Positions 19,428 to 26,910 of a stretch of DNA of 29,764 bases are shown here, piece after piece. Position 1 is the stretch's first letter, and the number at the start of each line of letters is the position of its first letter. The stretch comes from a virus (taxonomy: Duplodnaviria; Caudoviricetes). The notes beneath the pieces are model-generated. The model worked only from the letters and a program-made list of their open reading frames with translations, was not told where the DNA came from and did no database searches. Where the stretch lies: IMG/VR virus record IMGVR_UViG_3300021963_000475, positions 1-29,764 of that record, one strand, 5' to 3'. The translations under genes were made by a program, and so were the position numbers.

Positions 19428-19773
19428 CGAACGTCTCCTGCTTCGGCGCTGCGCTAGGCGCGTCGCTGTCCTTGCGGGGATCGAACGGGTAGGCGCGCAT
19501 GACGCTGACTTCGATCTTGTTGCGCTTCTGTCCGTCCTTCTCCCACTGGGAGTACTTCAACTTTCCTTCGACGCAGACGCGGCGACCTTTCGGGATCGAA
19601 GCGATGATCTCCCCGGTCTTGCCGAATGCGACGCAGTCGATGAAGTTAGTGTGCTCCTTCTCGCTGCCGTCCTGTGCGCGCCACTTCTCGTTGTGGGCGA
19701 TGGTGAACTTGATGGCAACGCCGTTAGGCTCCGGATCTCGGACGAGGTTGCCAATGAGGTATACGCTATTCAC
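19408..19773 (-). CDS. ssb: Single-stranded DNA-binding protein
   Basis: MNSVYLIGNLVRDPE, F..C.AFGK, KG.RV.VEGKL..WEKDGQKR, acidic DVPF tail. Confidence 0.95.
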   Translation of the reverse strand: MNSVYLIGNLVRDPEPNGVAIKFTIAHNEKWRAQDGSEKEHTNFIDCVAFGKTGEIIASIPKGRRVCVEGKLKYSQWEKDGQKRNKIEVSVMRAYPFDPRKDSDAPSAAPKQETFDGDVPF

Positions 19774-19919
19774 TTCTGCTTGCGCCTTTCAATGAGGGTG
19801 TCGAACAAGTATACGGGTGCTGCCAGTACTTCGATCAGCATGGCAGCCGCACAATACAGCACTGTGGTGACGATTACCACGCACGGGATTCCGATTAGGA
19901 AGAGTAGGACTTCTTTCAT
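19770..19919 (-). CDS. Small membrane protein (49 aa)
   Basis: ATG 19919 overlaps the upstream TGA. Hydrophobic MKEVLLFLIGIPCVVIVTT.. Confidence 0.55.
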   Translation of the reverse strand: MKEVLLFLIGIPCVVIVTTVLYCAAAMLIEVLAAPVYLFDTLIERRKQK

Positions 19920-20782
19920 CAGATGTTCCCGATGGGGATGACGTTGCGATTCTTGCTTCCGTACTCGCACCGGTTGTAGAACTCGCAGTACTGCTGCGAG
20001 CACGCCCATGTGCCACGGGCTAGCGGGGCGAACGATCCCGTCTCGCACGAGTGTTCCATCATGGCGAGCGTTGCGTTCGCATAGCGCAGGGCGAGGTCAT
20101 CAGTCGTGGACTGATCGTCGTCCTTGACTTGAATTGATTCGATCCTGCCCGGTGTCTTGCGTCCAATGTCGACGACGTTCCACCCTCGTCCAACGACGGG
20201 CGTGTCCTGCGTTGCGCTCATGCCTGTGGCGTACAGCGTCAACTGCTCGTCGATTGCCGCGGTTTCGTGCGTGTACCTGCCGCTGCGCTTCTTCATGGTC
20301 GACTTGTTGTCGACGATGATCAGGCCGCCCGCCTCTGGGCTAAGTTCGACGAGGTCGATGTTGCCGATCATCAGCACGTCGGGAGTGAGGCTGTACTCTA
20401 GATAGTGCTGAACGTACTGCACGTCAGTCTTCGCTGCGATAACGGAGTACTCGCGAATCGCGCTCATCATCTTGCCCATGAGGTCGTCGTCGCCAGCGAT
20501 GTCCGTCTCGTCGAAGTCGGTGTCGGGCGCGTCCCAGTACTCTAAGGCTGCGCCGATGCCAGCCTCTTCGTCGATGGGCTGGTCGTTCATGCGCTGCCGG
20601 AGCATCTCGTTGGCTGCCTTGTCGAAGGCGCTGCCGACCTTGACGCGTCCGGGCAGGATGCCCTTGATGCCTTCGACGTAGCGGTACTCGTACGCCTTGG
20701 GGCACTGCTTATACATCCGCATCTGGGAGTACGAGACGAGTGCCTTGTCGCCTTCGTCGTTCTTCTTGGGGAGGTTACTCAT
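19919..20782 (-). CDS. PD-(D/E)xK exonuclease, Cas4/RecB-like
   Basis: SYSQ..CP..Y, G.IDL, IVDNKS, QL.LY, C-terminal C..C..C (1+3 Cys arrangement typical of an Fe-S site). Confidence 0.85.
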   Translation of the reverse strand: MSNLPKKNDEGDKALVSYSQMRMYKQCPKAYEYRYVEGIKGILPGRVKVGSAFDKAANEMLRQRMNDQPIDEEAGIGAALEYWDAPDTDFDETDIAGDDDLMGKMMSAIREYSVIAAKTDVQYVQHYLEYSLTPDVLMIGNIDLVELSPEAGGLIIVDNKSTMKKRSGRYTHETAAIDEQLTLYATGMSATQDTPVVGRGWNVVDIGRKTPGRIESIQVKDDDQSTTDDLALRYANATLAMMEHSCETGSFAPLARGTWACSQQYCEFYNRCEYGSKNRNVIPIGNI

Positions 20783-21509
20783 TGGTGGCGATCTCCTCTA
20801 GATCCTTGATGATTTTGGCTTCGTTGTTCTCAACGTACTCGGCCGGGGTGTCTTCGGTGGGCTTGGCCTGATCCTTGACCCACGCTTCGATGTCGCGCGC
20901 CACGTCGGGGTGCTTACCTACCTGCTCTGCGAACAGTTCGAAGGTGGTTGCGGTGTCGTCGATGATGCCGCGGATCTTTAGAACCTGCTTGATCTTATCC
21001 CGCTTTGCCTTGCTCCAGCCCTTGGCCTGCGTCAAGACATGATCGCTGGGGGATGGCTCTGGTGCGGCTGTCTCCAGATCGTTCTTGCTCCAGAGGTTCA
21101 AGGCTACGCCGAACCGCATGGCTGCGTTGCGGATGCCATCGCCGATGATCTCTTTGATGAGGTCGCCGTCGGTGCGGCGGTCATTCGGTTCGACGCTGCC
21201 GTAGCCGATGCGGCTGTGGTCAAAGATGCAAAGCCTGATCCACATGCCGATGGGTCGCCCGTCTGCGTTGCGGTCAAGGATCGGGGATCCGTTGTCGTCT
21301 CGTCCGAGGGGGTACCAGTCCCAGAGCGGGTCGTGGCGGAGCAGCATCTCCGTGACGGCGGCGTGCCCGACGTACGAAAGATTAGTTCCACCCTTTGGCT
21401 TCGTCTCTACGAGGCTCGGGTGCGGGGTGCGGAGGTCGTCGTGCAGTTCGCGTAGCGCCTTGATGCGCTCAGCGTCTGGCAGGTCGGGGGCGTCAACGTA
21501 TTCCGGCAT
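20775..21509 (-). CDS. Rad52/Sak-like ssDNA annealing protein
   Basis: LSYVGHA.V..L..DP.W.W and KE.IGD.IRNAAMRFGVALNLWSK. Adjacent to the exonuclease and SSB. Confidence 0.8.
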   Translation of the reverse strand: MPEYVDAPDLPDAERIKALRELHDDLRTPHPSLVETKPKGGTNLSYVGHAAVTEMLLRHDPLWDWYPLGRDDNGSPILDRNADGRPIGMWIRLCIFDHSRIGYGSVEPNDRRTDGDLIKEIIGDGIRNAAMRFGVALNLWSKNDLETAAPEPSPSDHVLTQAKGWSKAKRDKIKQVLKIRGIIDDTATTFELFAEQVGKHPDVARDIEAWVKDQAKPTEDTPAEYVENNEAKIIKDLEEIATNE

Positions 21510-21930
21510 TGTTCTTTCTCCTTTGGCACTCTTCGATGTGCCTGTTGATTGCGTCCCTGTTCCACATGGGTCGCTTCTTTTGGGGCGTGCTCATTACGAA
21601 CAGCGGTGGTGGTACTCGGTGCCCGTGGTTTAGGTGCCCGGGCTTTGGTAGGTGGACGCTGTACTTGTCGCACATGCGTCTGGCCTCGTCGTAACTGATT
21701 AGGTCTGTGAAGTCTTTGGGTAGAAACTTCTCTGCTCCGTGGTGGTCTTTGACGACGTAGCCGCTTGCTGGTCTGTCGTCGCATGCGCAGTAGAACTTGT
21801 CTTCTTTCTTATAGTACAACTTGTCTGCTGCTGAGAAGTGCTTGTAGATGTGCGGCTTGCCGCCACGGTTCTTTACCTTGGGCGCGTTCATCGTGCCCTT
21901 GATGTAGAGCCTGCTACTCGTCTGATTCAA
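21493..21930 (-). CDS. Hypothetical protein
   Basis: Overlaps both neighbours within the operon. Basic protein. Confidence 0.55.
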   Translation of the reverse strand: MNQTSSRLYIKGTMNAPKVKNRGGKPHIYKHFSAADKLYYKKEDKFYCACDDRPASGYVVKDHHGAEKFLPKDFTDLISYDEARRMCDKYSVHLPKPGHLNHGHRVPPPLFVMSTPQKKRPMWNRDAINRHIEECQRRKNNAGIR

Positions 21931-22318
21931 AGATCAAACTCTCCCATCTCATCATCGGTCGTCGATGGCACTCCGGCCTGTCGGACCTGACGTACTCGTC
22001 GGTCGGCACGATGGCTCCATCCTTCGCTGCCTTCCTCATGACTGCTCCCATCGCTCGCGGTTCGTGTGTCTTGAACTGCGGGAAGAGGATGGAGATTTTC
22101 TGCCACACGTTGTCAGTCGTAAAGAACTGCTGGTCTTCTGCGACGAGTCGGCATGCGAGGTATGCAGCCTCCGCCCAGTCTGGGTCGGCGTTACGTTCCA
22201 CCCTGTCGATGGCTTCGTCTCGCGCCTGCGTTGCGGCGTTGATGCCGTGCGGAGTGTGGACGAGCGGCACCCCGTGCGAGCGGAGGATGTCTTCGACTGT
22301 CATCTGCTCGTCAGGCAT
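21914..22318 (-). CDS. Hypothetical phage protein (possibly wHTH)
   Basis: Likely start MPDEQ at 22318. FTTD.VW..HEPRAMGAV..A pattern. Confidence 0.6.
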   Translation of the reverse strand: MPDEQMTVEDILRSHGVPLVHTPHGINAATQARDEAIDRVERNADPDWAEAAYLACRLVAEDQQFFTTDNVWQKISILFPQFKTHEPRAMGAVMRKAAKDGAIVPTDEYVRSDRPECHRRPMMRWESLIFESDE

Positions 22319-22718
22319 TGTCCATACCTGCGATGCAGACGTAGCCGTCGGCGATGCTGCCGCCAATCGGCGTGATGTACAGGCTGTTCGATCCCGACGT
22401 GCTGGCCGTTACGCGAGCGTTGCCGTGGACGTGGTCTGCGATACGGCGCAGGTCGATATGCTCGCTTGGCTGGTCGATCCAGTTGATCGTCTCCTCCGGA
22501 TCGACGACGAGGATGGAGACGATGATCGACTCATCCCTTGCTGCGAATCCGAAGCGGGCGAGCATGTCCCGCGTCATGGCCGTGGCCACGTTGTTGATCG
22601 TGTTGATCTCGCTGGCGAACGTGCTCATGCGCTCTGCGATCTGCGCCTCTGTGAATGTCATGTCGTCCGGGTCTGGGGTGCGGTCGTACTCGTCCTGCTC
22701 GCGAATGTGCATTGCCAT
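22311..22718 (-). CDS. Hypothetical protein
   Basis: GAGG RBS, sits within the operon. Confidence 0.6.
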   Translation of the reverse strand: MAMHIREQDEYDRTPDPDDMTFTEAQIAERMSTFASEINTINNVATAMTRDMLARFGFAARDESIIVSILVVDPEETINWIDQPSEHIDLRRIADHVHGNARVTASTSGSNSLYITPIGGSIADGYVCIAGMDNA

Positions 22719-22721
22719 GTC

Positions 22722-22910
22722 TTACCTCTTTCTTTCGATGATGTAGTGCTCCGTATGGCCAGAGCGCTTGATGAACGTGACTTTCCCTTTCTTGTTCATC
22801 AGGTCGTGAGCCTCGCTTGTCGTTGCGACAACGTGTTCGGTGTTGCCGATCCAGACGTAGGCGAGGCTTCCCAAGTTGGGGCGGGTGATGCTAGCGGGTG
22901 TCTGCTGCAT
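22722..22910 (-). CDS. Hypothetical protein
   Basis: 62 aa, co-oriented, ends 3 nt before the next start. Confidence 0.5.
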   Translation of the reverse strand: MQQTPASITRPNLGSLAYVWIGNTEHVVATTSEAHDLMNKKGKVTFIKRSGHTEHYIIERKR

Positions 22911-22961
22911 AGTCGTATGGTAGTTGAGGTTTCTTACCTCAGATGTTTGGTGTTTGTAAAT

Positions 22962-23057
22962 CTTGGCACCCCTCTGGCTGCGGGGAAGGGGACGCGGCCA
23001 GAGGGGGAGAGACAGCCACTTGTCTCATCAGCGGCGAGAAGGGGAGCCGCTGCCAAG
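22962..23057 (-). ncRNA. Four-way-junction structured RNA with two UCCCCUUCYC loops
   Basis: P1 22962-68/23051-57. P2 22969-82/22993-23006. P3 23009-14/23021-26. P4 23031-35/23046-50. The two 10-nt loops are nearly identical. Strand is assumed from the flanking genes. Confidence 0.65.
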
Positions 23058-23100
23058 TTGAGCAGGCACACCCTACCTGCGTGCGCCTATCGTAGCAGGC

Positions 23101-23256
23101 TTACGCCTTGCTGTCTGGATTCTCTTTGGCCGGGCTTGTCGGAAACTTGCTATCCATTTTGCTTGGGAAGTTTTCCGTTAGCCAAGAGCGGTAGTCGCGA
23201 CCGCCGTCGAAGTCGATGTATCGAACGGTTCTCTTGGTGGTCTTCTTCTTGTCCAT
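23101..23256 (-). CDS. 51-aa hypothetical protein (not in the ORF track)
   Basis: MDKKKTTKRTVRYIDFDGGRDYRSWLTENFPSK..KA*. Starts 2 nt after the upstream stop. Confidence 0.55.
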   Translation of the reverse strand: MDKKKTTKRTVRYIDFDGGRDYRSWLTENFPSKMDSKFPTSPAKENPDSKA

Positions 23257-23258
23257 GG

Positions 23259-23606
23259 CTAAATCATATCACCCCACGTTGTGTCATCGATAACGCGGTC
23301 GTCAATGTAGAGCATGTCGATCCACACACGGTGGTATGCGGCGAGGTGCCGCTCGTCACTGATAGAAGACTTGAAGTTATCGTAATCAATGTCGTTGGTG
23401 ATCTTGGCAACGAATGCTGCCCAGCGTTCGCGGCTGCATTCCATGCGGTGCGGGTAGTCGGCGTTCTCGTCCGTCCACCATACGCCGCTTGTCTCATTGG
23501 CTGCGTTGATGATGTCGTCCTTGCAGCGTGCGCGTACCAGTAGCACGTTCGGGTTGTCGCGGTGTTCGACGACGGAGAAGAATCCTAGTTTTGTCATCAG
23601 CCACAT
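23259..23606 (-). CDS. Conserved hypothetical phage protein
   Basis: GGAGG RBS before MWLMTKLGFFSVV..LLVRAR..ADYPHR..IDYDNFK. Confidence 0.7.
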   Translation of the reverse strand: MWLMTKLGFFSVVEHRDNPNVLLVRARCKDDIINAANETSGVWWTDENADYPHRMECSRERWAAFVAKITNDIDYDNFKSSISDERHLAAYHRVWIDMLYIDDRVIDDTTWGDMI

Positions 23607-23809
23607 GGCTTGTCCTCCTCCGGGTTCTGGCGGTAGTAGATCTCCAGCATCAGGTCGGGCAACTTCTCGTCGCCGTCCTGCGATGCCTCGTACAGTGCGC
23701 GGTTCTCCTCCGGCGTGAGGTCGTCCGCATCGATGATGAGCATGTCGTGCGCTGCGCATCCGCCATGCGAGTGATCAGCCATGTTGTACCACAGGATATT
23801 CTTGGTCAT
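23597..23809 (-). CDS. Hypothetical protein
   Basis: AGAAGGA RBS before ATG 23809. Confidence 0.6.
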   Translation of the reverse strand: MTKNILWYNMADHSHGGCAAHDMLIIDADDLTPEENRALYEASQDGDEKLPDLMLEIYYRQNPEEDKPCG

Positions 23810-23839
23810 GTTTTTGTTCCTTCTGTCGGGTGCGGATCT

Positions 23840-23877
23840 CACCCCCGCCCGGAGTGATGGATAGTCGGGCGGGGGTG
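23840..23877. terminator. 12-bp GC hairpin (terminator-like or processing/stability stem)
   Basis: CACCCCCGCCCG/CGGGCGGGGGTG perfect inverted repeat with a 14-nt loop, 7 nt after the DUF932 stop. No U-tract. Confidence 0.5.
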
Positions 23878-23884
23878 GATTCGG

Positions 23885-24877
23885 TTAGGCGGCGAGCGCC
23901 ACCGCCACGCTGCGATCCTTCAGCGTGATGGACTGGTTGGCACCGAGCAGGTTCTTGTCGATGAACTTGTCGTCGGAGCGGTGCGTCTTGCTCCAGTCGA
24001 CGTACTCGGCGACGGCCTGCACGAATCCCCACTTGGTGTGCTTCACGTTGGCGAGGTTGTCCACGTCCCATGCGGTGTGGATGGCGTCGCGCGTGTTCTG
24101 TGCGATGGTAAGGCCGCGCGTGGACTCGTCGTCCTTGGGGGTCGGGAGCGGGACGAGCATCTCCAGCATGCGGTCGAACGAGATGCGGTTGATCGGCTGC
24201 GCGATGAGCGTGTCGCCGAGCGTCTGCAGTTCGTCGAAGTAGGCGTTACTGAAGCCGAGCATGTCACGCGCGTCGCGCACCTTGTCGGTCACGTTCGGCG
24301 TGTGCCGCCCCTTCCACATGTTCTTGGCCTCCTTCATGCTCCACTGCAGCGTGTTCTGGCAGACCACCCGGATCGGCGTGGTGTACACGCTGAGTGCGGT
24401 GTTGCCGTCGTGCCCGTTGCAGAGGGTGACGTAGGGGTCGATGCGCTCGTCGGGGTCGCCGCCGATCAGGATGTCCCTGTTGAGGCGGGCGAGCGCCCAG
24501 ATCTTGCGCCCGTTGTAGAGGCTACCGGCGGTGTGATAGTGCGCGTCGCCCTTGCCGATGATCTCGTCGAAGAAGTCGAAGGCGTCGACGTTCTGGATCA
24601 CCTTGTAGTGCGGGGTGACGATGCCGAGCGCCTCGCCCGTGTCCATGCGGACGTTCGCGACCTTGTTCGGGATCAGCGTGGTGGTGTCGGGCATGTCGTC
24701 GCCGTTGGGGATGTGGACGTGAATGTCGTGCTGTTCCACCGTCCAGTCCAGTCCGGCGAGGCTGATGGCCTCCGCGCTGGTGACCACGTCGGCGTCGATG
24801 ACGGTGCCGAGGCGGTGCCATGCGGGCTCGCGGTTTCCGTAGAACGCTTTGTCGTGCTCCATGATGCCGTGGCTCAT
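23885..24877 (-). CDS. DUF932 / phage-plasmid-like protein (TIGR03299-like)
   Basis: R.PAWH.LG, AGLDW.V, Y.VIQN..AF, AGSL..GR..W, N.HDG, TPIRVVCQNTL, RHT. Confidence 0.88.
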   Translation of the reverse strand: MSHGIMEHDKAFYGNREPAWHRLGTVIDADVVTSAEAISLAGLDWTVEQHDIHVHIPNGDDMPDTTTLIPNKVANVRMDTGEALGIVTPHYKVIQNVDAFDFFDEIIGKGDAHYHTAGSLYNGRKIWALARLNRDILIGGDPDERIDPYVTLCNGHDGNTALSVYTTPIRVVCQNTLQWSMKEAKNMWKGRHTPNVTDKVRDARDMLGFSNAYFDELQTLGDTLIAQPINRISFDRMLEMLVPLPTPKDDESTRGLTIAQNTRDAIHTAWDVDNLANVKHTKWGFVQAVAEYVDWSKTHRSDDKFIDKNLLGANQSITLKDRSVAVALAA

Positions 24878-24885
24878 GTCGTGCT

Positions 24886-24950
24886 CCCTTCTGTTGGTGT
24901 ACCCATAGTGTGGCACAAGATTGTGGGTTGTTTTGTAAATACTTTGTGAG
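24886..24950 (-). promoter_or_regulatory. Repeated early promoter/leader cassette, copy A
   Basis: CTCACA-N5-TTTACA, CACAATCTTGTG palindrome, CACACT -10-like hexamer, TACACC, AGAAGGG. Confidence 0.75.
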
Positions 24951-24959
24951 TATTTACCG

Positions 24960-25044
24960 GGGAACCGCGCTGCTCAACGAGGGCAGATTATTCGGGCCTA
25001 ACCATTCCCGATTTTGACCCCGTGGTTAGCGGGTCGTGGTTCCC
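24960..25044 (-). ncRNA. Four-way-junction RNA with a 7-bp loop-loop kiss
   Basis: Closing stem 24960-68/25036-44. Hairpins at 24970-86, 24992-25011 and 25016-35. Loops CTAACCA (24998-25004) and TGGTTAG (25023-29) are complementary. Strand is uncertain. Confidence 0.65.
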
Positions 25045-25077
25045 TTGGGAGAGGTTCGCCGGTACCGGCTAGCCTGT

Positions 25078-25138
25078 CCGCAGACACCCCCGTCGTGGCG
25101 GGTGTTTCGTCCGGCGCTCATCAGTGCGGGATGCCGGA
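25078..25138 (-). ncRNA. Type I hammerhead ribozyme (1-bp stem II plus pseudoknot)
   Basis: UCCGGC-AUC-CCGCA-CUGAUGA-G-CGCCGGA-C-GAAA-CACCC-loop-GGGUG-UC^UGCGG. Full core, stems I and III, GUC triplet, and loop II GCCGGA pairing with 5' UCCGGC. Confidence 0.92.
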
Positions 25139-25147
25139 TGTTTCGTG

Positions 25148-25582
25148 CTAGTCCTCTTCGACGTGCGTCACTTCTGCGTCGTAGTACTCCACCTCTGTGT
25201 CGATGGAGTCGTAGTGGCTCACGTCGATGCTGTCGACTCGGCCGAGCGCCTCGTCGCGGGCGTCGTCCTCACCGTTGGCCTCCACCTGAAAGGTGATCGT
25301 GACGGGCACGTTGACGGTCACGTTGTACGTTTTCGTCAGGCTGATGCCGACGAGGGTGCGGACGAGGTCGGCGCGGTCGTCGTCGCCGCCGGCCCAGTTG
25401 CGCAGGTCGTCGATCCAATCGGCCTCGCAGTCCTTCGCGAAGGGTGCGAAGACATCAGCGATCAGGCTGCGGAGCATTCCGATGGTGTCGTCCTTGCGCA
25501 TGCTCTTTTCCTTGAGCAGGTGGATCTCTGCGCGGAGGATCTCCGGGTCGGCGGTGTCGGTGGTGGTGATGGTGTCGGTCAT
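25148..25582 (-). CDS. Hypothetical acidic protein
   Basis: GAGAAGGG RBS before ATG 25582. VEA..ED.A.D.A motif is common in small early phage proteins. Confidence 0.7.
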   Translation of the reverse strand: MTDTITTTDTADPEILRAEIHLLKEKSMRKDDTIGMLRSLIADVFAPFAKDCEADWIDDLRNWAGGDDDRADLVRTLVGISLTKTYNVTVNVPVTITFQVEANGEDDARDEALGRVDSIDVSHYDSIDTEVEYYDAEVTHVEED

Positions 25583-25590
25583 GGTGTAGA

Positions 25591-25656
25591 TCCCTTCTCG
25601 TGGTGTACTTACAGTGTGCCACAAGATTGTGGCTTGTTTTGTAAATCCTTTGTAAG
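25591..25656 (-). promoter_or_regulatory. Repeated early promoter/leader cassette, copy B
   Basis: CTTACA-N5-TTTACA, GCCACAATCTTGTGGC palindrome, CACACT, TACACC, GAGAAGGG. Confidence 0.78.
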
Positions 25657-25658
25657 GA

Positions 25659-25883
25659 TTATTCGGCGTCGTCCGGGTAGTCGTAGTCTCCGGCGTATTC
25701 GTTACGCATTGCCGTGGTATGCGCCTCGCTGATCAGTCGCCGAAGTTCCCAGATCATGGTGCGTTCCGGGTTGATCGACGCCGGGGTATTAGTTAGCAGG
25801 GTCAGTCCGTCGATGATGGATGCCATCTCGCGGATGGTCAGTGTGTCGGCGATGATGTCGTGCCGCTTCTCTGTAGTGCTCAT
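25659..25883 (-). CDS. Hypothetical protein
   Basis: GAGAAGGGG RBS before ATG 25883. Confidence 0.65.
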   Translation of the reverse strand: MSTTEKRHDIIADTLTIREMASIIDGLTLLTNTPASINPERTMIWELRRLISEAHTTAMRNEYAGDYDYPDDAE

Positions 25884-25895
25884 ATCTGAATCGTA

Positions 25896-25933
25896 CCCCT
25901 TCTCTAGTGTCTCGTTTGTACGGATTTTGTTAG
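25896..25933 (-). promoter_or_regulatory. Partial cassette, copy D (no palindrome)
   Basis: CTAACA-N5-CGTACA..ACACTAGAGAAGGGG. Confidence 0.45.
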
Positions 25934-26745
25934 GGCTGCTGCAGGAATCCGTGCCGCGTACCCTCCTGCCCACGCATGCGCCCCTTCGCGCGTAGCCCGA
26001 CGATCACGCCGCCCGGGTCAGTGAATCGGAGATCGTGCGCATCACCGTCGACGACGGCGTACGTGTCGCCCCATGGTGCCGTCCACGTTGCGGGCAGCGG
26101 TGCACCCTTGCGCGTCGCGAATACCACGGCCACCCGGTAGCCCGCGTCAAGATACCGGCGTGCTGCTACGCCATCGCCGCCGGGATACGAATACGTCACG
26201 TCGATGCCGTGCTCGGCCGCGTCGGGCGTCGGTCGCTTTGTGTAGTCGTACAGGACGCATCCCTCCGCGATTGCGTGCGCGATCACCTCCGGGAACTTGC
26301 GGTGCCATACGATGTCCGACGTGCCGTTCAGCCGCAGGGCAGGCGTCAAGCCGTGCCGCCTAGCGTTGCGGGCGTGAAGCGTGATCTCGTGGCGCAGGCG
26401 GGCGCTGAACGCGTCCGGGTTGAGGATCATGGCCGCCGTGCGACGGATCCGGCTAGCCTGTATCGCGTTCCACCCGCTAGCGTCAAGGCTGATACCGCCC
26501 CTGCCGCTAGTGTTCAGGCACCCGGCGGTGCACTCAGTACTAGCCCACGGGCAGACATTCGCGCCCGACATAGTGGCGGGTGCGAGGTGCAGGACGGCGG
26601 GCAGGTAGCCCATATCCGCCGCTCCCTTTGCGACCTTCGGGTTCGTGGTGGTCAGCAGCCGCCCGGCCGACTTGACCGGGTAGTGCGTATCGATTGCGGC
26701 TACCGTCGCATTGACGGCGCGTAGTACGAGATTGCTGTAAGCCAT
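25930..26745 (-). CDS. GP88-like (mycobacteriophage gene product 88) protein, radical-SAM-like Cys cluster
   Basis: N.K..K, LAPA..SG..VCP.A...C...CL..SGRG, RLNGTSDI, YDYTK, DGD..DLRF.D..IVGL.AKG. Confidence 0.78.
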   Translation of the reverse strand: MAYSNLVLRAVNATVAAIDTHYPVKSAGRLLTTTNPKVAKGAADMGYLPAVLHLAPATMSGANVCPWASTECTAGCLNTSGRGGISLDASGWNAIQASRIRRTAAMILNPDAFSARLRHEITLHARNARRHGLTPALRLNGTSDIVWHRKFPEVIAHAIAEGCVLYDYTKRPTPDAAEHGIDVTYSYPGGDGVAARRYLDAGYRVAVVFATRKGAPLPATWTAPWGDTYAVVDGDAHDLRFTDPGGVIVGLRAKGRMRGQEGTRHGFLQQP

Positions 26746-26751
26746 TCCGAT

Positions 26752-26818
26752 TCCCCTTCGTTCGGTGTAGTCACACTGTACCGCACGATTGCGGCACGGT
26801 TTGTAAGTATTTTGTAAA
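26752..26818 (-). promoter_or_regulatory. Repeated early promoter/leader cassette, copy C
   Basis: TTTACA-N5-CTTACA, CCGCAATCGTGCGG palindrome, TACAGT, TACACC, GAAGGGGA. Confidence 0.75.
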
Positions 26819-26910
26819 GATTCGCGGCCGGCCACCCCCCCTAATCGAAGGCGCACTCCTCCCTTCCTCCTGCCCTCCGGGCGCACTCCGAACCGCCTAG
26901 CCTATCCAAA

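Noticed and set aside
19919-20782. Cas4-like gene as part of a CRISPR system
   Set aside because: There is no repeat-spacer array or other cas gene. Its context with SSAP and SSB indicates a recombination exonuclease.
23025-23032. CUGAUGA on the - strand inside the 22.96-23.06 kb structure, suggesting a second hammerhead
   Set aside because: The following stem is not followed by GAAA, and there is no stem III/NUH arrangement.
22011-23543. 510-aa + strand ORF
   Set aside because: It is antisense to several coupled - strand genes with RBSs and shows no protein-like motifs, so it is a shadow ORF.
23981-24949. 322-aa + strand ORF (and similar ORFs at 25124-25732, 26035-26724, 16372-17127)
   Set aside because: These are antisense shadows of well-supported genes in GC-rich DNA.
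25021-25040. CGTGGTTAG resembling the 5' end of a pistol ribozyme
   Set aside because: There is no matching P1, AAA linker or pseudoknot order, and the segment is explained by the kissing loop.
25618-25633. Promoter palindromes as N4-type virion-RNAP hairpin promoters
   Set aside because: No RNA polymerase motifs were recognised in the large virion protein, and a sigma-type -10 hexamer is present.
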